Of a stretch of 64,000 nucleotides of DNA, positions 28,150 to 36,357 are shown in pieces. A model generated the notes under the pieces. That model ran no database searches. It saw only the letters and a list, made by a program, of their open reading frames with translations, and had not been told where the DNA came from. Location: NCBI GenBank assembly GCA_052168235.1, contig JBQLZK010000037.1, forward strand, positions 1 to 64,000, in the 5' to 3' direction. The position numbers were made by a program, and so were the translations under genes. The DNA comes from Thainema sp. (GTDB taxonomy: Bacteria > Cyanobacteriota > Cyanobacteriia > Phormidesmidales > Phormidesmidaceae). The number at the start of each line of letters is the position of its first letter. The first letter of the stretch is position 1.

Positions 28150-30230
28150 CTTCCTTTTCTCCTGAATATCCAGAAGTTACAGTGTCGTCTTTTAGCCAAG
28201 ATGAGCAGGTTGCGATCGCAGTTTGTGACCTGCATAAATCCTATGGCGCGACCGCTGCGCTAAAGGGGATCAGCTTTGCCGTTCGACCCGGTGAAATCTT
28301 TGGCCTGATTGGCCCCGATGGTGCTGGCAAGACAACCACGTTCCAGATTCTGGCGGGGGTACGCGAGGCCAGCAGCGGTCAGGTAAGCATCCTCGGCAAA
28401 CCACCACGAGCTGCAAGATTAAATCTGGGCTACCTCACCCAGAAGTTTTCCCTCTATGCCGACCTCAGCATTATGGAAAACCTGCGCTACAGTGCGGGTT
28501 TACGGCAGGTAGCAGACGCCCGATTTGCGGAACGTGCCCCCTATTTACTTCAGCGAGTTGGGCTAGAGCAGTTCGGTGATCGGCTGGCAGGACAGCTATC
28601 CGGCGGCATGAAGCAAAAGCTGGCGCTGTGCTGTGCCCTGATTGCTAATCCGACTGTGCTGCTGCTAGACGAACCAACTACGGGCGTCGATCCAGTTTCG
28701 CGGCGGGAATTCTGGGACTTGCTGGCAGCCGTCGCTGCTGAGGGCGTAACGGTTATAGCCGCAACGCCCTACCTCGACGAAGCCGAACGCTGCCACCGAA
28801 TTGCCCTGATTTACGATGGCGAAATTCAGCAAATCGGCACGTTAGCAACACTGCGAGATGACCTAGCATTGCAGCGGCTGGAAGTCTGGATAGACGATGT
28901 TGCCAGGGCTGAAGAGGCTTTGCAATCTATTCCCCCCTTTTTAAGGGGGGCTGGGGGGGATCTTCCGAATTCAGTTAGTGCCGGAGATCCCCCTAAATCC
29001 CCCTTAAAAAGGGGGACTTCAAGCAATTCTACTCCCCCCTTTTTAAGGGGGGCTGGGGGGGATCAAACCATCGTTGACGTGCAAACCTTTGGCGATCGCT
29101 TAGATGTTCTCGTCACCGATGCAGATCAAGGCGAGCAGCAAATCCGCCACATCCTGGCGCAACAGCAGATCCCGCTCTCGTCCATTCGCCCCGATGCACC
29201 AACGCTGGAAAACGTCTTTGTGAATCGATTGCGGCAGCAGGGTTCTGATCCGCCCTATATTCCATTTCCCGCCTACCGCTCCGGCAAAGAGAAAGGCAAC
29301 GTTGCGATCGCAGCTCAGTCACTTCAGAAAACCTTTGGTGATTTCCAAGCAGTGAAAGGCGTTGACCTGACCGTGCGTTACGGCGAAATCTACGGATTAC
29401 TGGGCGCGAACGGGGCAGGCAAAACCACGACGATTAAGATGCTCTGTGGCTTGCTACCCGATAGCGGTGGAGCCATTCAACTCGCGGGCGAAACCGCCAA
29501 TCTCAATCGATCAGAAGTGCGATCGCGGATTGGCTACATGAGCCAGAAATTTACGCTGTATGACGATTTGACGATTCTGCAAAATCTCAGTTTCTACTGC
29601 GGCGTGTATGGTGTGCCAAAACGCTTGCAGGCTGAGAAGATCAATTGGGTACTTGCCACCTGTGGGCTGGAAGGACGGGAGAATATTCTCACTGGCAGCT
29701 TGCCGGGAGGCTGGAAGCAGCGAGTAGCCTTTGGCGCATCGGTGATGCATGAGCCGGATATTTTGTTTCTCGATGAACCTACCTCCGGCGTTGATCCCCT
29801 GGCGCGACGCCAGTTTTGGCGATTAATTCGCGATTTTGCTCGACGCGGTACGGCAATTTTAGTCACGACGCATTACCTGGAAGAAGCTGAAAACTGCAAC
29901 AACATGGCCTTTATGGTGGCGGGGCAGGTGGTGGCGCAAGGCTCACCGAATGAGATTAAAACCAGCCAGCCGGGGCAGTTGATTGAGCTGATCACTGACC
30001 AAACTCAAGCTGCTTCTGACTTGCTGAAGCAGCAGCTAGACGATTGGCGAGTTGCGATCTTTGGCGATCGGCTACACCTAGTGCTTGATGATCCGGAGCA
30101 GGAGTTATCCCGAATCAAGCAGTGGTTGCAGGACGCGCAAATTCAGATCCGGTCGGTGCAGCCGATTCCATTCTCGCTCGAAGATGCCTTTATTGGGATT
30201 GTGCAGCGGGCAGAGGGAGAGAACCTATGA
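28146..30230 (+). CDS. Dual-domain ABC transporter ATPase (YbhF-like) with repeat-derived insert
   Basis: Two Walker A motifs (GPDGAGKT, GANGAGKT), LSGGMKQ/LPGGWKQ, and DEPTxGVDP twice. Confidence 0.95.
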   Translation: MTSFSPEYPEVTVSSFSQDEQVAIAVCDLHKSYGATAALKGISFAVRPGEIFGLIGPDGAGKTTTFQILAGVREASSGQVSILGKPPRAARLNLGYLTQKFSLYADLSIMENLRYSAGLRQVADARFAERAPYLLQRVGLEQFGDRLAGQLSGGMKQKLALCCALIANPTVLLLDEPTTGVDPVSRREFWDLLAAVAAEGVTVIAATPYLDEAERCHRIALIYDGEIQQIGTLATLRDDLALQRLEVWIDDVARAEEALQSIPPFLRGAGGDLPNSVSAGDPPKSPLKRGTSSNSTPPFLRGAGGDQTIVDVQTFGDRLDVLVTDADQGEQQIRHILAQQQIPLSSIRPDAPTLENVFVNRLRQQGSDPPYIPFPAYRSGKEKGNVAIAAQSLQKTFGDFQAVKGVDLTVRYGEIYGLLGANGAGKTTTIKMLCGLLPDSGGAIQLAGETANLNRSEVRSRIGYMSQKFTLYDDLTILQNLSFYCGVYGVPKRLQAEKINWVLATCGLEGRENILTGSLPGGWKQRVAFGASVMHEPDILFLDEPTSGVDPLARRQFWRLIRDFARRGTAILVTTHYLEEAENCNNMAFMVAGQVVAQGSPNEIKTSQPGQLIELITDQTQAASDLLKQQLDDWRVAIFGDRLHLVLDDPEQELSRIKQWLQDAQIQIRSVQPIPFSLEDAFIGIVQRAEGENL
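28931..29064. repeat. Three copies of a cyanobacterial G/C-run dispersed repeat inside the CDS
   Basis: TCCCCCCTTTTTAAGGGGGGCTGGGGGGGATC at 28931 and 29033 (identical), plus an opposite-orientation variant at 28985-29016 that is identical to 62246-62277. Confidence 0.9.
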
Positions 30231-31336
30231 AACGAGTGATTTCCCAGTGCATTAAAGAACTGTCCCAGTTTCGGCGCGATCGGCTGACGGTGGCGCTGGC
30301 GTTTGTTCTGCCACTGGCGGTGCTGCTGATCTACGGTTATGCTATTCGCCTGGAGTCGAAAAACATTCCGCTCAGCGTGCAGGACTTTGATAATAGCTCG
30401 CTCAGCCGCAGCTATGTAGAGCGCATTTTTGCCACCAATCAGTTTGTGCCGAGACCACTGATTGAAGGTGATCCAATGCTGACGCTGGATTTGGATCGAG
30501 CTAAGGCCGCCGTGATCATTCCGCCTGACTTCTCTCAATCCATCAAGGAGCGTGATCCGGTCGTCGTGCAGGTGCTGGTGGATGGCACCGATGTGAATAA
30601 TGCCCGCGTCATCCAGAACGGGATTCGTGCCGCCACCCAGTTCTTCCTCCGTAGTAGCCAGCTCATGCCCGATCAGGCCCAGCCCCAGGTCGTTACAGAC
30701 ACGCGGCTGTGGTTTAATCCCGGTCGGGAAGAAGCGCTGTATATTGTCCCCGGCATTTTTGGCGTCATTCTGTGGGTGTTTCCCTCCATGCTAGCCGCGA
30801 TCGCAACTGTGCGCGAGAAAGAACAGGGCACCATCGTCCAGATTTACGCCTCCGATCTGAGCGCCGCTGAATGGCTTCTGGGTAAAGAATTAGCCTATGT
30901 GGTGATTGGATTGGGAGAGGCTGTCTTAACGCTTACGGTGGCGGCCATTCTATTCGGTATCCGAGTCCGGGGCGACCCGACGACGTTAATTGTAGGTACG
31001 TTACTGTTTCTACTGGCAGGCGTGGCCTTTGGCCTCTTTGTCGGCGTTCGAGCTGGCAATCAAACGGGTGCTGTTCAGGGTACAGCCATCGTCGGATTTT
31101 TGACCGCACTGCTGCTCTCTGGCTTTATCTATCGAATTGACAATATCCCCTTTCCGCTGTCCCTTGTCTCAAACGTAATTCCGGCTCGCTACTACATTGC
31201 CATCACCCGCGATGCCCTAGTGCGCGGCACTGGCTGGACTGGTATTGGCCTCGCTCCAGTTGCGATCGCACTCATCGGCGGCTTTTTCTTCCTAATGGCC
31301 ATCCGCATCCTCCACCGCATGCAGTTTTCAGACTAA
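30227..31336 (+). CDS. ABC-2 transporter permease (YbhS-like)
   Basis: ATGA overlap with the ATPase gene. KELSQFRRD, WFNP, REKEQGT, LLSGFIYRIDNIP. Confidence 0.9.
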   Translation: MKRVISQCIKELSQFRRDRLTVALAFVLPLAVLLIYGYAIRLESKNIPLSVQDFDNSSLSRSYVERIFATNQFVPRPLIEGDPMLTLDLDRAKAAVIIPPDFSQSIKERDPVVVQVLVDGTDVNNARVIQNGIRAATQFFLRSSQLMPDQAQPQVVTDTRLWFNPGREEALYIVPGIFGVILWVFPSMLAAIATVREKEQGTIVQIYASDLSAAEWLLGKELAYVVIGLGEAVLTLTVAAILFGIRVRGDPTTLIVGTLLFLLAGVAFGLFVGVRAGNQTGAVQGTAIVGFLTALLLSGFIYRIDNIPFPLSLVSNVIPARYYIAITRDALVRGTGWTGIGLAPVAIALIGGFFFLMAIRILHRMQFSD

Positions 31337-31387
31337 CTCTACAGATCACACCATTCACAATCCAAAATCTAAAATCCAAAATCCCTC

Positions 31388-32536
31388 ATGCTCTCCCTCC
31401 GCCGTCTATTTAGCTACTTATCCAGCTCCCGCCTCTGGCCGCTGATGAAGAAAGAGGTGCAGCAGATCCTGCGGAATAAGCAGATTGTATTTCTGCTGCT
31501 GTTTCCGCCCACGATTCAACTGCTGGTGTTCGGTTTGGCGCTCAACCCAGAAGTTAGCGGCTTGAGTCTGAGCATCGTAGACTACAGCCGCACGGCTGAC
31601 AGCCGGGAGTTAGTAGCTGCACTGGTGGAGAATGATGTATTTGAAGTACGAGCTTACGCCACCAGCCAAGCCGATTTGGGTGAGCAGGTGAGTACGGGCC
31701 AAGTGACGACCGGAATTGTTATCCCGCCCGACTTTAGCGAGAAACTAGGAAGCAGCCAACCCGCCCATATCCAAGTGCTAATTGATGGTGTTGATGCTAA
31801 TACGGCAGGGATTGCGCGGGGGTACGTGCAGCAAATTATCAATCGCTACAACCAATCACTCTGGCAATTCTCTAACCCGCAAGCTCAAGCGCCACCCGTC
31901 GAAACTCAGGTCAAATTTCTCTATAACCCTGGCCTGCTGAGTAGCTGGTTTTTTGTACCCGGCGTGATCGGCGTGGTTCTGACGCTAACCGGATCGCTGG
32001 TGTCCTCCACTACAGTGATCCGCGAAAAAGATGTCGGAACGCTTGAACAGCTTCTGATGACGCCAGCCGCAGGTTGGGAAATTTTGGTCGCCAAGATTAT
32101 CCCGCTGTTTGTGCTGCTTTTGGGAGATGTACTGCTAGCCTCAGCCATTGGATTATTGATTTTTCATTTGCCGTTTCGCGGTAATTATCTATTATTTTTG
32201 AGCTTATCGGCTCTATACTTATTTGTTTGTATTGGCATTGGTATTTTACTGGCGACGCTAGCCAATAACCAGCAGCAGGTGGTGCTCACCTCATTCTTTT
32301 TCAACGTGCCGCTGATTCAGCTCTCAGGTGCGATCGCACCTATTGAAACAATGCCGCCATTTTTCCGTGCCCTATCGTTTTTCGATCCGCTGCGCCACTA
32401 TGTTCACATCTGCCGCAGCCTGATTCTGAAAGATGTTGGCATTGAAGCCCTCTGGATCAATATCATTGCGCTGTTTATCTTTGCTCTTTTCTTTTTAGGT
32501 ATTAGCATCGATCGTTTTCGTTCTCAGTTAAGTTGA
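31388..32536 (+). CDS. ABC-2 transporter permease (YbhR-like)
   Basis: KKEVQQILR, LYNPGL, REKDVGTLEQLLMTP, LSGAIAPIETMP. Preceded by AATCYAA heptamer repeats at about 31358-31383. Confidence 0.9.
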   Translation: MLSLRRLFSYLSSSRLWPLMKKEVQQILRNKQIVFLLLFPPTIQLLVFGLALNPEVSGLSLSIVDYSRTADSRELVAALVENDVFEVRAYATSQADLGEQVSTGQVTTGIVIPPDFSEKLGSSQPAHIQVLIDGVDANTAGIARGYVQQIINRYNQSLWQFSNPQAQAPPVETQVKFLYNPGLLSSWFFVPGVIGVVLTLTGSLVSSTTVIREKDVGTLEQLLMTPAAGWEILVAKIIPLFVLLLGDVLLASAIGLLIFHLPFRGNYLLFLSLSALYLFVCIGIGILLATLANNQQQVVLTSFFFNVPLIQLSGAIAPIETMPPFFRALSFFDPLRHYVHICRSLILKDVGIEALWINIIALFIFALFFLGISIDRFRSQLS

Positions 32537-32553
32537 GAATAAAATGTGACCGT

Positions 32554-32742
32554 TTTGACACTTTAAACACCCTTGAATCTACTGATTTAAGGATAAAGTA
32601 TCGATAAAGAATTTTTATAAGCTCAAATTTCGCAGTGTACCTGGGTTTACTGTCACTATAGATGCTTTGTCACTTTAAATACCCATAAATCTACTGATTT
32701 AAGAATAAAGTGGCAATGAAGAATTGTGTACAGTCTCAAATT
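32554..32742. repeat. Two imperfect ~76-bp direct repeats, period 112 bp
   Basis: CACTTTAAAYACCCWTRAATCTACTGATTTAAGRATAAAGT...AAGAATT...CTCAAATT starting at 32559 and 32671. Confidence 0.8.
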
Positions 32743-32876
32743 GTCCTGTTCTAGGTGTTTTTCGCTGAAGCAAGAAGAAGAAAGAGACCTGTATGTGTTG
32801 GCTTTAAACCCAATAAATATTCAGTTCTGATCAGCTCACTGTAGTTTCTTAGTCCGCAAAATCTCCAGTTCTCACC

Positions 32877-33068
32877 ATGTTGCTTATCGTATATTGCTCA
32901 GGATCTTTAGCCACAGCAGTTTTGCTGTTACTGGTTTTTCTCAAAGACAAGACAACACCGCTATCTTGTTGGCGCTCTTGGCTGCTTTTGATAGTGGCTT
33001 CTGCGATCTGGCCGATTGCATGGGTTGTGGCAAGTATTGAACTTTGCTTCCGATATAGATGCAGATAA
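32877..33068 (+). CDS. Small two-transmembrane hypothetical protein
   Basis: 63 aa. FLKDKTTP..SW..LIVASAIWPI pattern of small cyanobacterial membrane proteins. Confidence 0.55.
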   Translation: MLLIVYCSGSLATAVLLLLVFLKDKTTPLSCWRSWLLLIVASAIWPIAWVVASIELCFRYRCR

Positions 33069-33156
33069 GACATCCGAAATCTAATCAAAAGCTCATTCCA
33101 GATGCGTTAAAAATGGATGCATCGGCTACTACCCTGTTTTAGGTGTGCCACTGCTG

Positions 33157-33250
33157 ATGCTGGCGTTTACTATTATGATCACCTATGCCAGCTATAAGAA
33201 TGAACGGGATGATGTTGCCAAAGATGTCTGGGTCACGGCGATTGTTAACA
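33157..33250 (+). pseudogene. Short relic resembling a sodium-dependent (NSS/SNF) transporter segment
   Basis: The frame reads MLAFTIMITYASYKNERDDVAKDVWVTAIVN, matching the NSS G.MITYASY...D...N motif. No flanking gene parts are present. Confidence 0.4.
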
Positions 33251-33541
33251 TTAGGCCCGAATCTTCTGTTTAGCTACCCAGCCAACGTGTTTCCGAATAT
33301 TGGCATCGGCTTGAATGTGCTTCAGTGTCCGAAACTCTTTGGCTAAGGTCATTTCGTCGTAGCAATCGTGAATGCCGTTGTGGCAAAGGCGACAGATGAA
33401 AATGCCTTGATTCAATTCAGCTTTGGAATAGTTCTTTTTGAAGTACGTTCTGCGGTGGACTTTTTTGGGGATGAGATGGTGAAAGGTTAATGGAACCGTT
33501 CGTTTACACAATGGACATTCGCTAATCTTGTCAACTGCCAC
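33251..33541 (-). CDS. Small HNH endonuclease-like protein
   Basis: CPLC..LTFHHLIP...ICRLCHNGIH. Confidence 0.8.
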   Translation of the reverse strand: MAVDKISECPLCKRTVPLTFHHLIPKKVHRRTYFKKNYSKAELNQGIFICRLCHNGIHDCYDEMTLAKEFRTLKHIQADANIRKHVGWVAKQKIRA

Positions 33542-33628
33542 GGCTTATGAATCTAGCTACTCGTCACTCTCCATTGTATTCATCTCCACGGCCAGCGTTA
33601 GGCCGTATTACCTTACCTTTCAGTCGCA

Positions 33629-34141
33629 CTATCGCCAACTGGGTGGAAAGCATTCTGGGCATTCCATATCAACAAACTCGACCCAGCTTCTAATTTCGGC
33701 TTCAGCGGGTAGCTGATCGGCTTCAGCGGCGACGGCTTGCATGTAGAGTTCACAAAAGCGATCGCAAATAAAAATGCCAACGGTTGATGGGTCAGCTACC
33801 TCTCCGAAATAAGTCTGCTGTACGGTTTTCTGCTGATCCCACAGAATGGGAAAGGGAATTGTGTGTTGGTCGGTAAATTGTTGCAGCGAAGGAACAGTAT
33901 TGGGTTGATTGTTTGTTGAGATCGCAAGCACCTCTGTTTCGGCGTGGCGATAGGCTGAATAGTGCTGAGCAATGTTGAGCAGCAGGTCGTGGCAAGCTGC
34001 ACAGGTTGAGTTATGAAATAAAAGAATAGCAAGGCTTTTACGCTGCTTATAGTCCCACGGACTGATCACCGCATCGCGATTAATCGCCTGGAGCTGAAAG
34101 GATGGAATCAGCCCGTTTACACTCAAGGTTTTGCTATTCAT
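33629..34141 (-). CDS. Redoxin / AhpC-TSA-like thioredoxin-fold protein
   Basis: PSFQL, CAAC, EVLAIS, IPFPILWD, and an extra C-terminal CPEC. Confidence 0.8.
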   Translation of the reverse strand: MNSKTLSVNGLIPSFQLQAINRDAVISPWDYKQRKSLAILLFHNSTCAACHDLLLNIAQHYSAYRHAETEVLAISTNNQPNTVPSLQQFTDQHTIPFPILWDQQKTVQQTYFGEVADPSTVGIFICDRFCELYMQAVAAEADQLPAEAEIRSWVEFVDMECPECFPPSWR

Positions 34142-34239
34142 GACAGGTTGGCCTGACAGGTTGGAGATCGTTAATCAAACCTATCATGCTTGATCACACG
34201 GCTCCAGTGCCGGATTTGGTATCTTTGAAGTCTCAGTAG

Positions 34240-35187
34240 ATGGCATTGGCTATGAGCTTTGATATCAAACTTCTCTACGTATGGCTTGTTCTATTTATCG
34301 TTTTCTTTGTTTGGCGGATACTGACACACCCCTTGAATCGCATTCATCGTGCTGCAATGGGAGGTGACATTGAGACAGTAAAACAATGCTTGGATAAAGG
34401 AGTTGCGCCAGATACCCGCAAAGGAGAAGGCTTGACACCGCTCTGTCTGTCTGCGGCAAAAGGTCACAAAGAGATTGTAGAACTGCTGCTTGATTATGGT
34501 GCGGATGCTAATCAGGGCTTAGATGAAGAAGATGGAATGAATCCTCTTCTAGAAGCTGCCCTTAAAGAACAAACCGAGGTAGTTGAAACGTTAGTGAATC
34601 GGGGTGCTGTAGTCGGACTCCATTTTTCAGCCTATCAAGGTGATTTAACTACAGTACGAGAACAGCTTCAACAAGGCGCTGCAATTAATTCAATGCGAAA
34701 CCGGGGAATGACTCCGCTTCATCTTGCAGCATTGGGAGGCCATGTAGAGGTCGTCAAGTTCCTATTAAATCAGGGTGCTGATGTCAATGCTTACGCCTAC
34801 CTCAGTGAAACCCCACTGCATATAGCGATTAGACAGCATCAGCGAGATATTATTCAACTACTCATCGAGTCTGGTGCAGACCTGAATCGGTCAGGAAGAT
34901 TAGGTTCCCCGCTTTGTATAGCAGTTCGTGAAAACGCAGAAGATCTTGTTCAGTTATTGATAGATAGTGGAGCAGATGTCGTTGGCCGTGAGAACAAAAA
35001 ACCGCCTTTACATCTAGCAGTAAAAAAGGGTTCTGTAAACATTGCTCGGTTGCTGCTTGAAAACGGGGCAGAAGTGAATCTTCGGAGTCGGTGGGGCAAC
35101 ATTCCATTAGATTATCTGGCACAACATGATTTGGACATGGCTGATTTACTAGTTAGCTATGGGGCAAATGCTAATGCTAAAAATTAG
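34240..35187 (+). CDS. Ankyrin-repeat protein with N-terminal membrane anchor
   Basis: Repeated TPLH.A..G..EVV..LL..GADVN units. Confidence 0.9.
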   Translation: MALAMSFDIKLLYVWLVLFIVFFVWRILTHPLNRIHRAAMGGDIETVKQCLDKGVAPDTRKGEGLTPLCLSAAKGHKEIVELLLDYGADANQGLDEEDGMNPLLEAALKEQTEVVETLVNRGAVVGLHFSAYQGDLTTVREQLQQGAAINSMRNRGMTPLHLAALGGHVEVVKFLLNQGADVNAYAYLSETPLHIAIRQHQRDIIQLLIESGADLNRSGRLGSPLCIAVRENAEDLVQLLIDSGADVVGRENKKPPLHLAVKKGSVNIARLLLENGAEVNLRSRWGNIPLDYLAQHDLDMADLLVSYGANANAKN

Positions 35188-35232
35188 GTTTCGCCAAACT
35201 CCATTGGCATTATTAGATTTTGAGAGGAGATC

Positions 35233-35760
35233 GTGCATTTTTACAGACCCAAACCATTACCAGACGACTACGATTCTCTCCAGATTGTCAGAAGTAGTGA
35301 TCTTCATTGGTTTATAAATTACCGAAGGCAGTATTATGCAAATGGAATTGAGGAGCCTTGGGAATCTGTATTAACTGAAGTTGTTTCACGAGGTAAGTCA
35401 GGAGATTTCCCTAGCTTTTCTGCCCTAGATCCTGTCTTTAGTGAGAGAGCCTTGAACTACCTGGAAGATTTGCTTTCAGGTAGTATAGAGGCTCTTCCAT
35501 TGAGAACAGCAAAAAATGATATTTTCTTTTATATAAAGGTTCTCGATAAATTGGATTGTCTAGACTACGAACGCTCAATTTGGAAGCAAAATCCTTCTGG
35601 CCTAGTTATGGTCGAATCTTATGTTTTTCACGAAAAGTTAGTCAGAGAGAAGCATATTTTTTGGCTACCTCGTGTAAATCAATTTATTGTTTCGGAATCG
35701 TTTAAAGAGCTGGTTGAACGGTGTTCGTTAGAAGGGCTAACCTTCCAACAAATTACGTAG
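35233..35760 (+). CDS. Immunity-protein-like (Imm11/DUF1629-type) hypothetical protein
   Basis: GDFP...VFSERA...L...IEALPL...FFYIKVL..LDCLDYERS...HIF...FIVSESFKELVE...LEGLTF pattern. GAGGAG Shine-Dalgarno before the GTG. Confidence 0.65.
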   Translation: MHFYRPKPLPDDYDSLQIVRSSDLHWFINYRRQYYANGIEEPWESVLTEVVSRGKSGDFPSFSALDPVFSERALNYLEDLLSGSIEALPLRTAKNDIFFYIKVLDKLDCLDYERSIWKQNPSGLVMVESYVFHEKLVREKHIFWLPRVNQFIVSESFKELVERCSLEGLTFQQIT

Positions 35761-35761
35761 C

Positions 35762-35790
35762 GCGATCGCAACTTAAGAAGTTGCGATCGC
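35762..35790. terminator. Hairpin built from two HIP1 sites between convergent genes
   Basis: GCGATCGCAACTT-AAG-AAGTTGCGATCGC. Confidence 0.65.
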
Positions 35791-35823
35791 TCTTTAGGTC
35801 AGACTAGGCAATCGAAGTACGGT

Positions 35824-36198
35824 CTACTGATTCAGCACATCCCGTTTGTGCTGGGGTGCGGCTGCGATCGCAGCTACCTGATCCAGTAGTTCCGGCGGAA
35901 CGTCCATTTCCTTCAGCGTTTCCATTAGATCTTCAGCCACCGCATCAAAATGTGCGCTGTTGAGGCCCTGCTTTGCCACTAGCTCTTTGTGGGCTTCCCG
36001 CATATAGCGACCATCGTATTTATCGGTGCCGCCAAAGGCATAGGTCAGAAACGCTTTCTGGTGTGCCCGCTGTTTGACCATGTCTACATCTGCAAAGAAA
36101 TGTTTGATCCGGTCATCTTGGAGAACCCGCTGGTAGAACTTATCAACCGCTAAATCAACAGCAGCGGCACCACCTAATTTATCGAACAACGTCGTCAT
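35824..36198 (-). CDS. glbN: Group 1 truncated hemoglobin (cyanoglobin)
   Basis: TLFDKLGG..AV..AVDKFY, KQRAHQKAF, MREAHKEL, APQHKRDVLNQ. ATG at 36198. Confidence 0.95.
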   Translation of the reverse strand: MTTLFDKLGGAAAVDLAVDKFYQRVLQDDRIKHFFADVDMVKQRAHQKAFLTYAFGGTDKYDGRYMREAHKELVAKQGLNSAHFDAVAEDLMETLKEMDVPPELLDQVAAIAAAPQHKRDVLNQ

Positions 36199-36253
36199 GT
36201 ACTTTCCATATCGTTTCAACCTCCCCACTATAGGTAATCTACGCCGCAGATTC

Positions 36254-36269
36254 TTTGACTTAAGTCAAA
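36254..36269 (-). promoter_or_regulatory. CRP/FNR-type palindrome in class II position upstream of glbN
   Basis: TTTGACTTAAGTCAAA is a perfect palindrome. A -10 element TATAGT at 36232-36227 places its centre at about -41.5. Confidence 0.65.
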
Positions 36270-36278
36270 TCAGAATTA

Positions 36279-36355
36279 CTCACATCTTGCACCTTGCACT
36301 TTGAAAACCCAGAAGGGTTGTTTCAACCCTTCTGGGTTTTAGTGCAAGATGTGAC
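36279..36355. mobile_element. MITE-like element, family A, copy 2, with AATTA target-site duplication
   Basis: CTCACATCTTGCAC...GTGCAAGATGTGAC with an internal 17-bp stem at 36304-36340. AATTA at 36274-36278 and 36356-36360. Confidence 0.8.
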
Positions 36356-36357
36356 AA

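Noticed and set aside
32554..32742. Possible CRISPR array
   Set aside because: Only two long, imperfect units and no cas genes. It does not fit repeat-spacer structure.
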